Shown: positions 11,700 through 24,698 of the stretch, one piece after another
Position numbering within the stretch: position 1 is the first letter of the stretch
Layout of the letters: each line of letters starts with the position of its first letter
Source: Octopus vulgaris
Lineage: Eukaryota
Assembly (NCBI GenBank): GCA_951406725.2
Contig: OX597843.1
Coordinates: 20,460,001-20,524,000 of the forward strand
DNA: 64,000 nucleotides
Direction of reading: 5' to 3'
Position numbers and translations under genes: made by a program
Notes under the pieces: generated by a model
What the model saw: only the letters and a program-made list of their open reading frames with translations
What the model was told of the DNA's origin: nothing
The model's database searches: none

Positions 11700-12508
11700 A
11701 CTGGAATATGTGAATACTTTCTGCTACCTTGGGAGCCATCTGTCAGCAAAGGCAGACCTCAGCGATGAAATCCAACACCGTCTGAAGTGTGCAGGAACAG
11801 CTTTCGGCAAGCTTCGAACAAGAGTTTTTGCTGATCGGGACATCCGAACCGAAACCAAACACATGGTGTACAGGGTAGTCATTATCTCAACCCTCCTTTA
11901 CGCATCCGAAACCTGGACCCCGTATTGTCACCACCTGAAAACGCTCGTGAAATTTCACCAACGCTGTCTTCGAAAGATCCTTAACATCAACTGGGAAGAC
12001 AGAAGAACTAACGTCAGAGTGCTACAAGAAGCAAAAATGACCCGCATCGAAGCCTATGTCATCAAAGGCCAACTAAGATGGAGCGGCCACGTGGTTAGAA
12101 TGACTGACGAACGACTACCCAAAGAGATCTTCTACTCCCAACTCAAAGACGGCAAGCATACAAAAGGAGGCCAGAAGAAACGCTACAAGGACTTCCTGAA
12201 AACGAACCTCAAAAAGTGTGACATCGAATTCACTAACTGGGAGGAAAAGGCAAAAAACAGACCACTCTGGAAAACCACCATCCATAAGGGAACGGCGACA
12301 TTCGAGTCGAAAAGGTCTGCAGAGCTTGAGGAGAAAAGACGACGACGGAAGGAGCGCCAACAACAACCACTTGCGACTCTCCCTTCCGGCACTAGATGTC
12401 CGCACTGCGACCGATCTTTTCCAGCAAGAATTGGTCTTATCGGTCACCTACGGACTCACAAGTATATTTGCGCGAAGACCATCATCCTCAACCTAGAGTG
12501 ATTGCCAT

Positions 12509-12511
<3 letters not shown>
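11700..12511 (+). mobile_element. RTE LINE 3' fragment with uninterrupted 263-aa frame, inserted in (TA)n
   Basis: FCYLGS, LLYASETWT, QLRWSGHVVRM..RLPK, GGQKKRYKD, CPHCDRSFPARIGLIGHLRTH. Absent from the duplicate (57676-57828). Confidence 0.92.
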
Positions 12512-12550
<39 letters not shown>

Positions 12551-12585
12551 TAGATAGAAGATAGAAAGATAGATATATATATATA

Positions 12586-13111
12586 CACACGTTTATGTAT
12601 TGGTTTTGCAAGAATTTTGATGTGAAATCGTGCTTTAAAACAGATATTGTTGTATTTAGGAATGGTCATTTTGCCAGTTTAACCAATAAGAACACGTGCA
12701 CTATATATTTGCTGTTACTTTGCTTCAGCATTATTTCTCTTTTAAATTAATCTTAATCTTATTTCGGCCAGAGTTCTTTCGTCACACTCCTGTGACCTCA
12801 TCAGTGGTCCTTTGCTTTTTTCTTTCATATTTGTGTGTCTCTCCTTACTAACGGTCAGTCATTTTGTATTTTCTATTTCTATTGTTTGTGTCTTCATTTG
12901 CGCATGGGTATACCTCGATATGGGTCTATGTGTGGGGAAGTGACTGTAATATTTGTATCTCCTGTTTATATATGTTCGAAATAACTGTGGCCGAAATAAC
13001 ATTAAGCTTAACGTAAAAATTAAATAACACTGAAGCAAAGTAACACCAAAGATATAGATAGTGCGTGTGATTTATTGGCAAAACTGGCAAAATGACCATT
13101 CCTAAATACAA

Positions 13112-13113
<2 letters not shown>
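12586..13113 (-). mobile_element. Non-coding PLE fold-back mini-element, same family as 4812-5890 (copy ~57830-58372)
   Basis: Inverted arms ~12645-12780 and ~12977-13113; (TA)n flanks. Confidence 0.85.
12766..12810 (-). ncRNA. Type I hammerhead ribozyme, intact core
   Basis: ggacca-CTGATGA-G-GTCACA-GGAG-TGTGAC-GAAA-GAACTC-tggcc; perfect 6-bp stem II, CUC cleavage triplet. Confidence 0.82.
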
Positions 13114-13162
<49 letters not shown>

Positions 13163-13359
13163 AGGGATGAAATGGAGCCGAACGAAAATTCTACAAAATT
13201 CCTTTTTATTATTTTCTACACATGTTTCAAAGGCTGCAAATTCCCAAATTCGGATTGAATAAGGAGCCCATTCTGCAGCTTTCTCTTCAGGAAAATCAGG
13301 AATTTAAAATCTCCAAACAAATGCGCAGCAAGCTTTTCGAACAAAACGCTCCCTAGGAG

Positions 13360-14032
13360 CCCATGGTAAAAATCAGAGAAAGGGACAAATGGTACCAACT
13401 GATGAGACGATCTGCAATAGATGAAGAGCAACGCAAGGCACAATTGTAGTGAGAGAGAATGCGAGACCAAGGTAGAAGACAGGATGAGGAAGAACAAACA
13501 CAGTACAAGGAACAACAAAGATTGATATTTCTGCGGAGAATGGAAAACATGAATGATATGCAGTGTGCGCAGTATCAGGACCAACAGAAAAGCGTAATGT
13601 AACAGAGTAGGGAGAATATGGATGATTTGGAAAGGGCTGCTTGTCTTCAAGGTCAAACAGAGAGACATCAAGATGGAGTTGCAAGTATGAATGCTGAACA
13701 GGCGTTACGTTTGCGAGATGAACAGGTGCAACGAAAGCGTGAAGCAAGACATGGACTACCGCTGAACAGACACAATAATCCTAAACGAACCTATCGTATT
13801 GGTGATATGTACTTATATTGCGAGTATTGTGGAGCACTGAACTTTAAATATGAAAACTTCATGTTCAGTCACAATAATAAAGTGAATTTTCCTACACTGC
13901 AACTAAAACCTCAGACATTGAAGCGTTTGTCTGAGAAAATTACATCAGCAATTACAACTGCATACCTTCCTTTACGTCATTTGGTGTGAAACTCTGTGTG
14001 CCACAGGGAAGAGGTCTACATTGTTTCTGTAT
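13360..14032 (+). mobile_element. Helitron RepHel N-terminal part (copy ~60060-60778)
   Basis: R/E/Q-rich repeats, then YRIGDMYLYCEYCGALNFKYE..HNNKVNF and SFTSFGV..QGRGLHCF. Confidence 0.8.
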
Positions 14033-17000
14033 TGTTGTGGAAGGATTTCGACCACCTTCCAATTGACTAAACGCGAACTGACACATTCCTATTAAATAGA
14101 CAACTGTCGAGTCTTCAGCAATTAATTGGTAAATAGTTCACCGTGAGCCATTGACAGAGAGCGTTTGGTAATCGATTCGCGTCGTGTATACACTTTCTTT
14201 CCCCCTGATTCCTTAAATCATCCGTTCCAAACCAGAGTATAAAAGTGGCGAAGAGTTCTTCGAAGTTTGCGTTCGACGTTTAAATTTGTTTGGGATGGGT
14301 ATGAAACCAAAGAAAAATTGTTTAAGATAGAAGGCTTATTGGCGTCTGTGGTGCAGTTGCAACAGCATCAATAGTAACAACAACAAGAGCAACTACAACA
14401 GCAACAACAACAAAACCAAGAGTTGCTGGAATCAATGCTAAAGAAGTCTAAAAATATTTCAGGCGTGAACTTGCCAGACAGCGTAGCAATCTCTATTGAA
14501 GTATTCAGTTATAATTCAGAAGATGGGATTACCTTCTCTGCATATTTTCGAAGATACGAAGAAATTTTCAAAGAAGAATTTATAAATTGATCTGAGAGGA
14601 AAAATAGTAAGACTACTTTGTAAGACAGGTATCCCTTTGCCAAATACAAAAAAATATTGTAATTATATTCTGCCCATGAAGTCGGGTGAATAAAAACTAT
14701 TAACATTTTATCAAATGATTTAGAACTGGACGAAAATTAACTCTACAGACAGAAGCAGAAGAATGCCAGAAAAGACGACGCAGAAAAAAATGAAGAAAAA
14801 GATTGCTCTCATATTCCAGTGTCTCCACCGTAACGGATAAGAAATAAGACAAAAAATGTCAAGAAGGAGTCCATGTTGTGGTCTACATTTTAAAAGTAAC
14901 TGCCAAGTTAAAATCCAAAAACGAAATTTTGTCAAAACGTTTCAGTGAAAGAAGTTCTCTGCTAAATACTTGCGGACAGTTTTTATATTTTGTCCCAAAA
15001 CATGAAGATTTCGTCACCTGTGCCGAGGATGTTAACGGAAAGTGTAAAAAATTCAAATTATATGAATTAAGATGCATATTTTTCAAATGCATATTTTTGG
15101 TTTAAGGCCTAACTGCAAGCAAAGATGGAAATATATGTTCACGGATGTCAACAAAATTAGAACTGGACAAAAAGTGACTCTACAAACAGAAGCAAAAGAA
15201 TGCCAGGAAAGACGACGCAGAAAAAATGAAGAAAGCGACGCCCAAAACGAAATTGAAGAAAAAGATTGCTCTCATATTCCAGTTTCTCCACCGTAACGGA
15301 TAAGAAATAAGAGAAACAAATGTGAATATCGAATCCATGTTGTGGGTGCGGTGGTCAACATTTTAAAAGTAATTGCCCGTTTAAAAATATAAAAGGAGTC
15401 AAATGTGGCAAGAGAGATCATAAAATATCACACTGTTGAACAAACCTGGAAAACAGCTCAACAGAAAGAAAACACGAAAACAGGTTATCGGTGACCAAAA
15501 ACCGAACAGCCTCAAAGGAAATTTGTGGACGTAAAGTTGCAACTAGTTAAGGGCAGTGATATCTCGATAATTAACACAGATACATAGAAAAAAAACAGAA
15601 GACTCAGATTAAGACATTTCGAAAATTGTAGGTGGTGTTTCAGGAAAATAATTACATTTTAATGGCGTAATGATGAACCACGTTCCATTTCGTGGAAAAA
15701 ACCTTATAAACCAAAGATTTTGTGTTGAATAACATCCCAAATATATTCGGAAAACTGAATAAAATTGTTTACCTTATGGGAACTCCCCATAAATCTTTTC
15801 AGTAAAAATGTGAATGGTTTTCTTGCCAATACAAATGAATCGGCGGACGATTTGTAAAAATAATTTAAAAAGATTTTTCCTGAAGTTCTCTCTGATAAAT
15901 TAGATCTGAGCATCACAACGAAAACGAAGTTCCAAGTAAAAGTAAATGCCAAACCGGTATTTAAATATAAACGAACTGTAACTTTTGCATCGTTGGAACA
16001 GATAAGCTTTTGCATCGTTAGAAACAAATAAACAAAATCAGAGTGTATGCTGATTTTTTCCACTCGTTTAAATGAGTGTCTTAAAACGTTCCACTATCAG
16101 CTACCTACCCTGGGGGATATATTTGCAAAATTAGACGGTGGCAAGGTATTTTCTTAATTGGATCTCCCTGACGCGTACCTACATATTAACGTAGACGATG
16201 AATGCTATAAATACCTAAAGATTAACGCACATATGTATATATATTTCTTTACTACCCACAAGGATCTAAACACAGAGGGGAAAAACAAGGACAGATAAAC
16301 GGATTAAGTCGATTACATCGACCCCAGTGCGTAACTGGTACTTAATTTATCGACCCCGAAAGGATGAAAGGCAAAGTCGACCTCGGCGGAATTTGAACTC
16401 GGAACGTAATGACAGATGAAATACGGCTAGGCATTTCGCCCGGCGCGCTAACGTTTCTGCCAGCTGGCCGCTTATGTATGTACAACAGGTTACTGTATGC
16501 CTTTATGTCACACCGGCGATTTTTCAACATCTTATGGATGCAGTGTTAGCGGATAGTAAAGTTGCATATCCATCTCTGGATGATATACTCATTAAAAGCG
16601 AATCACAAGATCAACATGTAGAGCAAGTAATATATATGTTCGAAAAAATTAGGGATTACAGTGAAAAAGAAAGCGTGAATTTTCTTCTTAACGAAAATAA
16701 AATTGGACAAACAATTGAAAGAATTGGATGAGGACCAGATCCGTTGAGGGCAGACGCAATTAAATACATGTCCCCTCCAACAAATATAACGACCTTACAT
16801 GATTGCTTTGGAGACAAGCAAATTATTAACAAACTTATATTCTAATTATTCATAGGGTAAGTGTTACAGTAGATTATGTATTTTAAAAATTGTCAATTGA
16901 AATGGCTCTGAAAATTGTCAAAAGGAATTCGACAAAATTTTAAAATATTAACATCTGATTTGTTGTTAGCACGCTTCGATTCTGTAGCGGAGAATGTTGT

Positions 17001-18549
17001 AACTTCAGATGTCTCTGAATGCTGAATCGGCGCAGTAATGCTACATAAATAAAAAAGATGGTAACATGAAGGCGGTGGTTTAAGATATCAGCAGAAAAAA
17101 TTACAGCCAAATCAAAAAAGAGGCTCTTGTAATTATTTTTGCAGTAAAAAATTTCATAGATTTTTACACGGCAGAAGTTTTTGAATACAGACAGATCATC
17201 GTCCGTTATTATCAGTACAAGAGTAAAAGAAATAAATATCTAGCCGTACTGCTAATAGGCTGCAGTACTGGGGTAGTGTATTATTAAACTATGAATTAGG
17301 ACACGCTAATTGTTTATCAAGACCGATTTCAGAAAATGCTGAAGCATTTGAAGATACCGTGATTGCTACTTTGCGAGCGGAAAATGAAATTAAAAGCAAA
17401 CTGTATAACTCCATGCGTAAACTGCTATTTACGTTACAGGAGATAAAATTACAATTGGGAAACGATATATTCATTAAAAAATGAAAGAAATGCAGAAGTG
17501 TTAAAGAGATAAAAGATATTCGAGCCTATCACGAGGTGTGACAATGTGCTGATGTATGCACAAAGAGTCGTAGTGCCAGCCGCACTACAAAAGCAATTAC
17601 TAAAGGAATTTCATATTGAGTCAAAGGGATTTCGATAATGAAATCGTTAATGAGAATTTAGGTGTAGTTGCCAACAACGGACTGTAACATTGAAGATATA
17701 GTGATAGTATGCAATACGCTGTTCTCTAGCTCCAAATACACCCGTCACGAAATGGCACCCGTATCACTTCGTTGTGGGGGACTGTTTTTCAACGTGGTCT
17801 GAAGTGCATAAATGTAGAAAGCCGACATCTCTGGTTACAAAGATATTTGATGTTTGTTAGAATAATCAGATCCATCTGTGATCAGCCGATACCGAGTGAA
17901 AATATAAAAAAAGGAATATTTCAAAATTCTTCAAGCTAGGTGACAAACTATATTAAAGAACTATACATATATTAAACAAGGCTGGGAGGATGGTACAATT
18001 GTTAAATAAATTGCAAGAATGATATTCCTGGTAAAAGGTAAAACAAATATCGAACATAAAAGACTTATTAACCAACTTAAAACCTGATTCAAGGAAAAAT
18101 CAGTCAAAGGAAGTGAATTTCTCATGAAAGTATTGCACGACACGTTTGAGGTACCAACACAGAAACAATTTGTAATTACACATTCTTGCACCAGAAAACG
18201 AAACGAATGGAAACACAAGAATTGAGCCCTAAGCATAAGAGATATTAAAATTCTGAGCGACTTTAATTCTCAAGTGGAGAATTTAGGGGAGACTAATTCT
18301 ATAAATGGGAGAGGCTGTGGAAAGATTCTGACAACCTTCCAAGTGACTAAAAGTGGTCTGACACATTTCCATTACTTGGAGAACTGTCTAGTCGTAAGCA
18401 ATTGATTGTAAACAATTGATTGGTAAGCATTTCTCTATGATCCGTTGGCAGAGAGCTTCGAGTCTCATGTAATAGCAATCGTATTGTGTCGTGTAAATAG
18501 TCGTGTAAATAGCTTCATTAAATTATATATCTAATACCAAGATACAGAA
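14033..18549 (+). mobile_element. Ty3/Gypsy LTR retrotransposon, heavily decayed (partial copy ~60779-63878)
   Basis: LTRs ~14033-14244 and ~18313-18549; PBS tggcgaagag at 14246; purine tract at 18303-18314; TSD tgtat/cgtat. Gag knuckle CxxCGGQHFKSNC; RT IFAKLDGGKVFS.LDLPDAY and SLDDILI; RNase H YSQIKKEAL..QTDHRPLL. Confidence 0.9.
16244..16471 (-). mobile_element. Young tRNA-derived SINE inside the Gypsy RT region
   Basis: Minus strand ggccagctggcagaaacgttagc..gagttcaaattccgcc (A/B boxes). Absent from the duplicate near 62920. Confidence 0.88.
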
Positions 18550-20680
18550 CGTATTCAGGGCCAAACTTAGCACAATACTACGAACTTGAATCTGTCAATG
18601 GTCGCCTGCAGTACAGTGAGTTATATATTATTAATGCATCACAGAGTGCAGGCTCTGCATCACAGAGTGGATGCAATCCCAAAGCTCTTCTCAAAGAATG
18701 GTTGTCATGTGCAACAAGTAAATCCTTATGTTGAGCTATATGGCAACATGCACTTAATTGAACAACAAGAGATTGAAAATGCCAGGAGAGAAAATGTGAA
18801 CTACAATTCAAAAGAAGGCGCTACAATTTTGAATTGGAGGACAGACATGTATTTGGTGTAAGAGTAACTCATGTCCATGTTATCGAGTTTCAAAAGAGAG
18901 GACTTCCACACTGCCTTATGCTCGTAGACAAAGTGAAGATCAGAGATGATATAGACAGAATGGTATCAGCAGAAATTTCTGATTCAAATGATGACCCCGT
19001 CTTGCATGATTTATTAAAATAATTCATGATACTTAGACCTTGTGGTGTTGATAATCCCTCCTCTCAATACATGGGGAATGGCTCTTGCCAAACAAAGTTT
19101 CCCAAGAACTACAGAAATGAGACACTACTAAATATTAATGGATATCCAGAATACATGAGGCACAATAAAGGGATCACATCACAAGTTGGATGCCATTCTG
19201 TTGACAACTGGTATGTCGTTCCATACTATTTTATATTTTATTTTATCTAGTTTCAGCTCAAGAGCTGTGGCCATGCTGGGGCACCGCCATTTGGTGTTGC
19301 TACATGATTTTACTTCATGAATGCTTTTTAGCAACTGCCATTTGGTGCATGAGAGGGTCCGATGCAGCTGCCCTCATCTGCACCTCCTACCTTGAAGTTG
19401 GTTCATATGGGACACTTGACAGGAAGAGATCCAGTCCTACTTTAAAGACATCTGCATCCATCCACCCCATGCAGGTCTTTCAGGAGGATATTGAAGAGCT
19501 GTGGGCCTCTGAAGCCCAGGCTATCACAGAATCTTGTCCTACATCTTGATGGCAAATTCGGAGTCCTTGGCACCACGCAGTGGCGCTCAGTTCTGGCATT
19601 TGTGTTACTCTCGATGCCGAGATGCTTACCTATTAAAGAAATTCCGAGCTCTTATTAATGTAGAAGTTTGCTCCTCCGTAAATTATCAACTACATATGCA
19701 AGAATGCCTACAACGGTCGCGATAGCGCTTCAGTTGAAGTAAGGAATGATGCAGTTGCAGAAGGTGGACAGACTCAGCAACCTCATGGTTAAATCAGAAA
19801 TTATTTTGCTTCTAAAGCCATGCGGAGAATATTTAAGTAGAAACTGCATAACTCGTCCCACACTGTCTACAGATTAGCTGTTCACTTTGAAGACCAGCGG
19901 AGACTGAGCTTTCACAGAGGTAGCACTTCGCAACCTGCTCAAGAACAGAGAGATCGTGACAATACTCTCATTGCATGGTTCAAACTGAATGAGCACGATT
20001 AACGGAAGTACTTGTACCCTAACATTCCTAAAGTTTATGTGTTTAATGAACGTACAAAATCATGAACACTCAGGTGAAGAAACAATAACATCGGCTGCAG
20101 AATGAACACTGTGAGTCCTAAGGACGGAGAAAAATTTCATTTACGATTGCTATTTCGGATGTTCCAGGTGCCAAGTGCTTTGAAGAAGTGAGCACTGTAG
20201 GAGGTGAAATCTATGCAACATTTAAAGATGCGTACATATGAGTTGGTCTCCTCCAAATTGATGAGGGTTTGGAGCATACTATACATGAAGCTGCTGCGTA
20301 TCGGATGCCATTTCAGTTGCGTATTACGTTTGCTGTCCTCTGCACCTATTCAAATCCTTCCAATGTCCTTCGCCTGTGGAATACTGACAAGAATTCTATG
20401 ATGGAAGATTATGCTCACCGAGGGCTGAATGCAGACTCTACACTCCATAAATTCTGTGTTTATTGAAAATGGCACTAGCTGCATTAATATTAGCTTGCTT
20501 GTACCAATTGGAATGTAACGGGTTGAGCAGAAAGATGACAAGAACCACCCACGCATTGCAACCCTTACCAACGAGCAGAAAGGGATCGCTGATGCAGGCA
20601 TTAAAGACAGTTGGTAAGAAAAGGTTGAGGTGAGATGCTGGAATCTTTCTATTTCTCTGCAGATGTTCCCGGGGGCTGTA
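18550..20680 (+). mobile_element. Helitron RepHel (HUH Rep to start of Pif1-type helicase), decayed
   Basis: RIQGQT, HVIEFQKRGLPH, PCGVDNP..CQTKFPK..GYPEY, VDNWYVVPY, INVEVC, VPGAKCFEEVSTV, MPFQLRITFA, LTNEQ, and a decayed Walker A (DVPGG). Confidence 0.88.
19228..19575 (-). mobile_element. CR1/L2-like LINE 3' end inserted in the Helitron
   Basis: Minus strand RFCDSLGFRGPQLFNILLK..VFKVGLDLFLSSVPYEP and (TAAAA)n tail. The same tail occurs alone at ~38780-38850. Confidence 0.75.
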
Positions 20681-21882
20681 ACTTCATAAATTCCACTTCA
20701 ATCCGTACACTTCGGTAAATTTCTTATTTACTTTTGCAACGTTTTGTGTTTTCTTTTTGTTGTTGTTGAAGGAATTACTGATAAAAGTAAGTTCATAATT
20801 TACTGACAGGAGTAACTTCAAACATTTCACTTAAACCCACGCACATAGTTAATTTTCCTAAAAATTTCTTATTTACTTTTGCGCCGGTTTTTTGTTTTCT
20901 GTTGTTAATGGCTTTTTTCTGGTTCCTTCGATACTGGCACTTTGGTTCAGTTAGTGACAAATTTCGCTTCAACACGTACAATTCTTTATTGTCCGTAAAT
21001 CTATCTTGTTAATGTTCTGCTTGTCGTATTAAGAAATATAATTGTCGTTACCCAGTTATTTTCATTGTTTACTATCTTCTGCGCTCGTGTATTTCTGTAT
21101 AACCATGCCTAGAAGGAAGGTGTCAAATCTGTCTACAATGTCAAGATAAAGCCAAAAGAATGTCTCTGTCTAGAGAAAGAGAGACAGCTGCAGAAAGGGA
21201 AGCATACCAAGAAACGAACAGACTTTGCACTACGAAAATGCCAGAGCATCTCAAAATGATGAACAGAGGTATACACGGCTGACAAGGAATAAGATCTCCA
21301 CTGCAGAGAGACAAGAAATAAGATCTCCACTAATTACATTTATTTTTTACTGAGTATTCGTTTTCCTCTCTCCCTATTTTCTTTCTTCTTTCTCTTCTAC
21401 TACTTTCTTTTCCCTCTAAGCAGTTATGAAAGCGAAAGCTCATTAGGTCACTTTATCTAAAGAGGAACACAAGACTTCCTCGTTCCTATTTGAATCTTTT
21501 GCATGTCTGCAGTCTTATTTGTATTTTATTCGTTCCCCAAATAGATGGTAGTATAACAACATGCCAGACGACACTCAAAATCTTTAGTCACACACAACTT
21601 TATCGATGTGCCTGATGGGGTCCAGACTGATCGATGCAGCACAACACGTTGAACAGAGTCCCACAAATAAAGGACAATAGCAAGACGGGTCGAAACGAAA
21701 GTTGTACAGAATAAAATTTAATTCCAGTTCCATTATTTTGTTACTTAATACAATTATGTATACACAAATACACACAAACACGCAAACAGATATATATATA
21801 TATCTATATATATATATATATAATACTATTTTTGTTCCACGTCTTCACGTTGCTGTGGTTTTTTGTGCTTTCTTGTTTGGAT

Positions 21883-21917
<35 letters not shown>

Positions 21918-21920
<3 letters not shown>

Positions 21921-23865
21921 GGTTGGCCGGCCTGTGAAACCCACCGAAAAAGCAATTTTCTAGACATCCTACTGAAACCCTTGCTGAAATACATCAAAAG
22001 TTTTATTAGAGAAAAAGCAATTAATGCAATATTGGTTTCCCTCGATGTTATCAATCTTTACACCAACATCCCCCATGAATTTGGAATAAAAGCAATTAAA
22101 TTCTGGTTGGAAAAGTACTCCCGGAATGCATAAACTAGATGTTTATACTTGAATCCTTAAAATTTATATTTCAGAACAATTATTTCCTCTTTGATGACAC
22201 ATACTATCGTCAGAAATGCGGAATTGCGATGGGAACGAAAGCTGCTCCTGTTCTTGCGAACCTCATAATGAGTTATTTTGAGTTCACCTTATATGAAGTA
22301 TCACTTCAGAAATATGGTTACCCTTTTACCTCTACATAAGAGAAAATTGGAAGAGATACATAGATGACTGCTTTATCATCTGGAAGGAGAACATCGGCAA
22401 ACTCTTGCATTTCAAATCAACACTAAATGACATCAATAGTAACATACAATTCACAATGGAATATAACAAAGAACAAGTCACATTTTTAGAGGTCATGATA
22501 AAAAAGTTAACAATGAAATCATAACTGACATTTATTATAAACCAACTGATTCAAAACAATATTTTCTATTTAACTCATGCCACCCGAAACACATCAAAGT
22601 AAACATCCCTTTCAATTTAGCAAAAAGGTTCTGCACAATAGTGTCTGATAGAACAACTCGGGACCTTCGTCTTCAAGACCTCAAAATAATACTTATTGAA
22701 AGACAATATCTACCCTCACTTATCAACGAAAGAATTAAACTTGCCAAACAATTAGAACGAAAACACTAAGAACAACAAAACATAACACAACAACTCAACA
22801 CAAAACATTACTATTTATATCAACACACAACTACAGAAACAGTGAGGCATTCACCACTATTGTGCAAACTCTTCCTTTGCTAAATTGAGATTCAAAAAGG
22901 AACGACAACCTGAAAACACAGAAACTCATCAAATGCAAAAACAAGACAAATTGCTAGAGAGACTACTAACAAACGCGAAGCTTTACAAAGCAACCAAAAA
23001 AACCAATGGTTGAAAAATATGGTCGCCCAAACTGTGGAACCTGCCCCAACCTGCTTGAAGGCTCGGACTTCCTTTTCAAACAAGGACAGAGGTTCACAAT
23101 TAAAACTAGTTTCACTTGAGCATCTGAGAACCTAATTCATGTAATAACCTGCTCGGGTTGAGGACACCACTATATTGGACAAACGAGTATGCCCTTGAGA
23201 AAGAGAACCACTCTAAATAAAGGGCAAATCCGTTTCCCGGAATACAGACAAATTCCTTTCAGTGAACATATAGAAACATATGCATGTAACATCAAACCAA
23301 ATTTCACACTCTTCCCTTTTTACCAGTGCAAAGACGCAATCTCTCAACTAGAGCGTTTAAATAAAGAAACTTTTTTCATTGAAAATACAAGAAAACGCCT
23401 TAATATCCAGGCATAACCAACTGTTATATTTTATATATTTCAATTCACGATTACAACACTGTACATAACTCTCCTACTAAACAAGGTTTTTGAAACTTGT
23501 CTGTCATAACTCCTATATAATCCGCACCCATTACCGAAAGTTGAACCGTTATCTACCTTACCCACAACAATAACATGAATAACGACAACCAATAACCGCC
23601 CTTTATTTATCCACTTGTGAAGTCATTCACTCGTGAATTTCATCAAACACAACATGGACAAAATTTCTTTCTAAGAAAAAATATATATTCAAATAAGTAA
23701 AATATAATATCATGAATAGCGATATCGAAACCGGTCAATATATTAAAAATTATATTAAAACTATGTAAGTGTGCGTATTTTCCTTTTTTAATTTCTTATA
23801 TACATGACACCTCACGACGTGGGGATAATCGAATTTCCTCTTTTCTGTTACTACAACTGCTACTA
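21918..23865 (+). mobile_element. Penelope-like element, Neptune-type (RT and GIY-YIG), decayed
   Basis: PACETHR..FLDILLKP, SLDVINLYTNIPH, GIAMGTKAAPVLANL, WKRYIDDCF, YKPTDSKQY, ENLIHVITCSG..HYIGQT. Decayed HHR (..CATGA..CGAAACCGGTC) at ~23708-23740. Confidence 0.9.
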
Positions 23866-23892
23866 TATACATACATATATATATATAAATGT

Positions 23893-23945
<53 letters not shown>

Positions 23946-23947
<2 letters not shown>

Positions 23948-24344
23948 ATATGAGAGGTAATATTGTCAAGGAAACCCAAATGTGTCAGTCAAAGCTGAGT
24001 TGTTGCTATGGACATGCAAATGAGGAGTCCAACTTAGGTCATATATTAACATCGATATGTATAAAATTAAAAGAAGGAAATAAAGATCCAAGGCTGTGAA
24101 AGATTTAAGAACATTTCTAAAGAGAAGACGTTACAGCTGTTTTCGGGATATTTATGTATCTCTTCATCGGAGACGGTGCGAGAAGATGGTTAGGCAATAG
24201 GTATTCTAGAATAACTATTGCTTAACCATTTTCTCACACCGTCTTCGATGAAAGAATATATAAAATATCCCTGGAACAGCTGGAAGACGTCTCTATAAAT
24301 GTTCTGAAATCTTTCACAGACTTGGACATTTATCTGATTCATTT
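23946..24344. mobile_element. Fold-back mini-element in (TA)n with head-to-head HHR motifs
   Basis: Palindrome ~24080-24335 centred on ttct|agaa (24207/24208). Arm consensus cgtct-CCGATGA-A-GRGATA..TATCCC-GAAA-CAGCTG-TA-agacg. Confidence 0.8.
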
Positions 24345-24632
24345 ATATATATATATATATATATATACACAAACACACACACACACACACATACAGATAT
24401 ATATGTACATAACAATACATATATGTATATATAAATGCAAGTGTATGTGGTTATCTATGATTGCTTACGAATTTCATTTTCAAATTTCTTAATCCCGAAT
24501 TATAGGTTGTCCATAAATAGTGGACCTGGATACCGTAAAGCTATTTTTCTATATGAAATACCCATTTTCTAGTTTCTCCGCCTGAGAAACAGTAGAACTA
24601 CCCGATCAACGACAATTATTACTGCTAGTATA

Positions 24633-24696
<64 letters not shown>

Positions 24697-24698
24697 TT

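Noticed and set aside
11710-12501. Intact 263-aa ORF with C2H2 finger as a host zinc-finger gene
   Set aside because: It is the standard RTE C-terminus, 5'-truncated, and absent from the duplicate copy.
12586-13113. Interpretation of the fold-backs as classical MITEs
   Set aside because: Arms are asymmetric, contain HHR/pLTR sequence, and one relative carries a PLE GIY-YIG domain.
21620-21712. CTGATGG..GAAAC resembling a hammerhead
   Set aside because: Core is mismatched and stems I and II could not be built convincingly.
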